Below are positions 62,101 through 64,000 of a stretch of DNA of 64,000 bases, piece after piece; within the stretch, counting starts at the first letter, position 1; the number at the start of each line of letters is the position of its first letter. Both the position numbers and the translations under genes were made by a program. Under the pieces are notes generated by a model that worked only from the letters and a program-made list of their open reading frames with translations, ran no database searches and was not told where the DNA came from. The stretch comes from Bacilli bacterium (GTDB lineage Bacteria > Bacillota_I > Bacilli_A > ML615J-28 > CAG-698). The stretch covers positions 256,001-320,000 of the forward strand of contig JBMNLZ010000001.1 of the NCBI GenBank assembly GCA_050953065.1, in the 5' to 3' direction.

Positions 62101-64000
62101 CTGGTATTATTACTTCGCTTGCAACTCCTTGATAGCCTGTTATTATTACACTGTAATTAGAAGCTATACAAGAAATCGCATACTTTAATCCAGCTTCCGT
62201 AACACCACTACTTACATAACCCCAAACAATAGGTCTAGCACCACGATTCCACCAAAAAGCGTAACCACCTTGAGCGCTTTCAGCTTCAATAAATAGTACC
62301 AAATTATTACAATGATAGAAAGCTTCACTTCCTATATTTGTAACGATTATAGGAATTGTGATGCTTGTTAAATTATTACATCTAAAGAAAGCGTAAGCAG
62401 GTATGCTTGTTGTATCTGTTAAAATTACACTTCTTAATGATGTTGGCACATAATATGTAATCTCTGGATAATAAACTGAATAACATTGACTTGTTGGAGT
62501 TCCTCCTGTATATGGAGTAGTTCCAAATATATATCCAAATAAAGTATCTCCGTTTACTGCTGATTTACTTGCTCCAATAAATGGAATTGTTATTTCTATC
62601 AAACCACTACATCCAGAAAAAGCATGTGATTCTATACTTGTAACACTATTTGGAACTGTGATACTTGTTAAAGATGTAGAATTATAAAAGGCACCTGAAG
62701 CTATAGTTCTAACAGGATAGGTTTCTATTATTCCTGGGATTTCTAATTCATTTGCAACTCCCTGATAGCCTGTTATTACTACACTATAACTAGATCCTAT
62801 CAAAGAAACTCCATATTCTATTCCACCATCAGTTACACCATTACTTACATAGCCCCAAACAACTGGCCTATTACTTGGATTCCAACCATCAACCCAACCT
62901 ACTGGTTTATTTTCTACTTCTGCATAAATTGTTAAAATACTACATCCTTGAAAAGCAGCATTATTAATAGTTGTAACTTCTTCTAGAATTGTGATACTTG
63001 TTAAAGATGTAGAATTATAAAAGGCACCTGAAGCTATAGTTGTAACTGGATAGTTTTCTATTGTTTCTGGTATTACTACTTCATTTGCAACTCCCTGATA
63101 GCCTGTTATTACTACACTATAATTAGATCCTATCAAAGAAACCCCGTATTTTATTCCACCATCAGTTACACCATTACTTACATAGCCCCAAACAACTGGC
63201 CTATTACTTGGATTCCAACCATCAACCCATCCTGCTGGTTTATTTTCTACTTCTGCATAAATTGTTAAAATACTACAGCCTTGAAAAGCAGCATTATTGA
63301 TAGTTGTAACTTCTTCTAGAATTGTGATATATATTAAACCACTACAATTACGGAAAGCAGCCTCACCAATAGTTGTAAGACTTTCTGGTATTATAATATT
63401 TGTTAGATTACTACAATTATAAAAAGCACCATAGCCCAATGTTGTTGCATTTGTTATAGTTACAGTCCTTAATAATGATGGAATATAATATTTAATAGAT
63501 GAACTAGCTGCATAGTATTGCGTTGTACTAGTTCCACCCGCATATCCAAAAGTACCAAAAACATATCCAAATAAAGCATTAGCTCCTGTTGCAGATTTAC
63601 TTGCTCCAGCAAATGGTAATGAAATTTCTGTTAAACCACTACAGCCAGAAAAAGCATGTGAACCAATATTTGTAACACTTGAAGGAACTGTTATGCTTGT
63701 TAGGCTACTACAATTTCTAAATGCTGAATCTCCAATAGTTATAGCACCTGTTGGTATTGTAAGATTTTCTAAAAGCACACAACCTCCAAATGCACAATTA
63801 CCTATACTTTCAAGATTTGTTGGAATTATAATACTTTCCAATTTAATACAACCAAAGAATGTATAACCTTTTATACTTGTAACACCATTTGGAAGAGTAA
63901 TACTTGTTAAAGCTGAACATTCTCTAAATGCTCCTTCTCCAAGACTAGTAAGGTTTGAAGGAATCGTTATGCCTGTTAAGCTACTACAAAGATAGAAAGC
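59183..64000 (-). CDS. Very large multi-module BspA LRR_5 surface protein, 5' end beyond the window
   Basis: The frame stays open from the ORF-track TTG (63841) to 64000 (AFYLCSSLTGITIPSNLTSLGEGAFREC...); eight capped LRR modules. Confidence 0.92.
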   Translation of the reverse strand, partial: AFYLCSSLTGITIPSNLTSLGEGAFRECSALTSITLPNGVTSIKGYTFFGCIKLESIIIPTNLESIGNCAFGGCVLLENLTIPTGAITIGDSAFRNCSSLTSITVPSSVTNIGSHAFSGCSGLTEISLPFAGASKSATGANALFGYVFGTFGYAGGTSTTQYYAASSSIKYYIPSLLRTVTITNATTLGYGAFYNCSNLTNIIIPESLTTIGEAAFRNCSGLIYITILEEVTTINNAAFQGCSILTIYAEVENKPAGWVDGWNPSNRPVVWGYVSNGVTDGGIKYGVSLIGSNYSVVITGYQGVANEVVIPETIENYPVTTIASGAFYNSTSLTSITILEEVTTINNAAFQGCSILTIYAEVENKPVGWVDGWNPSNRPVVWGYVSNGVTDGGIEYGVSLIGSSYSVVITGYQGVANELEIPGIIETYPVRTIASGAFYNSTSLTSITVPNSVTSIESHAFSGCSGLIEITIPFIGASKSAVNGDTLFGYIFGTTPYTGGTPTSQCYSVYYPEITYYVPTSLRSVILTDTTSIPAYAFFRCNNLTSITIPIIVTNIGSEAFYHCNNLVLFIEAESAQGGYAFWWNRGARPIVWGYVSSGVTEAGLKYAISCIASNYSVIITGYQGVASEVIIPETIETYPIKKIELNTFCQNTTLTSVTIPSGVTSIGQNVFMGCTNLTSVTIPNTVTHLEKYSFTGCTQLPSIVIPISVTNIGNRVFQNCNNLIIYAEAESKPEGWAIDWVYGDWNPNNRPVVWGHVSHGVFGDYEYGVSLIGSTYGITIARYTGTANEIIIPETIESYPVTTTTYAVFADLTNLTSITLPSGMTNIGECTFSNCNSLTSISIPIGVTYIGEHAFSGCSSLTIYAAAESKPEGWHDNWNSSSRPVVWGYVSNSVTASGLEYAITLIDSNYSVIITGYQGIENEVVIPETIEGHPVTTIAFSAFSGKTQLTSITLPTSLLSIGDHAFSGCTQISTISIPSSVTSIGNYVFHCCSGLTSITLQTGITSIGNDAFSRCTQLTSITLPNSVTSIGTNAFAYCSNLTSITLPTGITSIGASAFYDCYCLTSIILPTGITNLNDYTFAGCHSLGNVIIPTNITHIGYEAFSGCTNLTSIYIPSSVTSIYFYVFQGCSILTIYAEAESKPEGWFEDEYEKYWNPNNRPVVWGCVNNGVTPDGIKYVTTCIDSNYSVIIIGFEGSLTDVEIPGTIGGYTVTTIAAYAFRNCSALTSITVPNSVTSIESHAFSGCSSLTSISLPFVGASREAIEGNALFGYIFGTTSYTGGSSTRQYYSSSSSSTYYIPTSLKTVIITNTTELKYGAFYNCLELTSITLPTGITSIGVCAFAHCQSLTSITLPNSVTSVGVNAFTHCYDLTSITLSTGITSIGSFAFANCSSLESIILPTGITDLNEFMFLNCTNLGNVIIPTNITYIGYEAFSGCTSLTNIYIPSSVSSINNRAFYKCNSLTIYAEAESKPAGWADGWNPSSRPVVWGCVNNGVTPDGIKYVTTCIDSNYSVIIIGFEGSLTDVEIPGTIGGYTVTTIAAYAFRNCSALTSITIPSSVTNIGYYAFKGCSSLTINAIAESKPEGWVDGWNPDNRPVVWGYTG
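59333..60520 (-). repeat. 213-bp near-identical direct repeat (59333-59545 and 60308-60520), 975 bp apart
   Basis: Direct comparison shows one visible mismatch (tatagcccc vs tataacccc). Confidence 0.9.
62657..63328 (-). repeat. 333-bp tandem duplication of one LRR module
   Basis: tgtgatacttgttaaagatgtagaattataaaaggcacc at 62657 and 62990; 111-aa unit repeated. Confidence 0.9.

Noticed and set aside
52143-64000. Diversity-generating retroelement acting on the LRR genes
   Set aside because: No reverse transcriptase or non-coding template repeat in the window; differences between copies are not restricted to adenines and include indels
52143-64000. Trp-rich LRR caps (WxxxWNP) as radical SAM crosslinking substrates
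   Set aside because: No leader or genetic linkage is visible, and the motif is adequately explained as a structural solenoid cap
1-64000. Genetic code 4 (TGA=Trp) as in mycoplasmas
   Set aside because: Long genes translate fully under code 11 and TGA ends genes at their expected C-termini (e.g. fumarase beta subunit, thyA)

Overview
Very AT-rich bacterial chromosome segment using genetic code 11 (TGA is used as a stop, TGG for Trp). Gene content and style suggest a low-GC Bacilli lineage, probably Acholeplasmatales/Mollicutes-related; this is an inference. Most of the window is housekeeping: infC-rpmI-rplT with an L20 leader, pdp, plsC, folA-thyA, trmL, queG, two-subunit fumarase, murI, tmcAL, mrp, ruvX, alaS with a T-box, an RNase J2-like gene, yebC, metK, a DEAD-box helicase, tldD-pmbA, gltX, an FMN riboswitch with a ribU-like gene, cca and tRNA-Gly(GCC). 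The accessory loci worth attention are: (1) a four-gene operon (6.0-8.8 kb) led by a secreted protein with aerolysin/ETX-MTX2-like beta-hairpin patterning, followed by a lipoprotein and an ABC system; (2) a radical SAM/SPASM + HprK-like P-loop protein + PqqD + S24/S26 peptidase cassette (28.7-31.3 kb) with no visible precursor peptide; (3) a tandem array of modular BspA/LRR_5 proteins after tRNA-Gly (52-64 kb), with a repeated Trp-rich cap, an identical C-terminus and recent internal duplications; (4) a catalytically dead MurI paralogue, plus a NagZ lipoprotein and a beta-lactamase-family hydrolase, hinting at peptidoglycan scavenging; (5) a 1675-aa CvpA-like-anchored acidic repeat protein. 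No CRISPR array, integrase, transposase or reverse transcriptase was seen. All family calls come from motif recognition by eye, not database searches.
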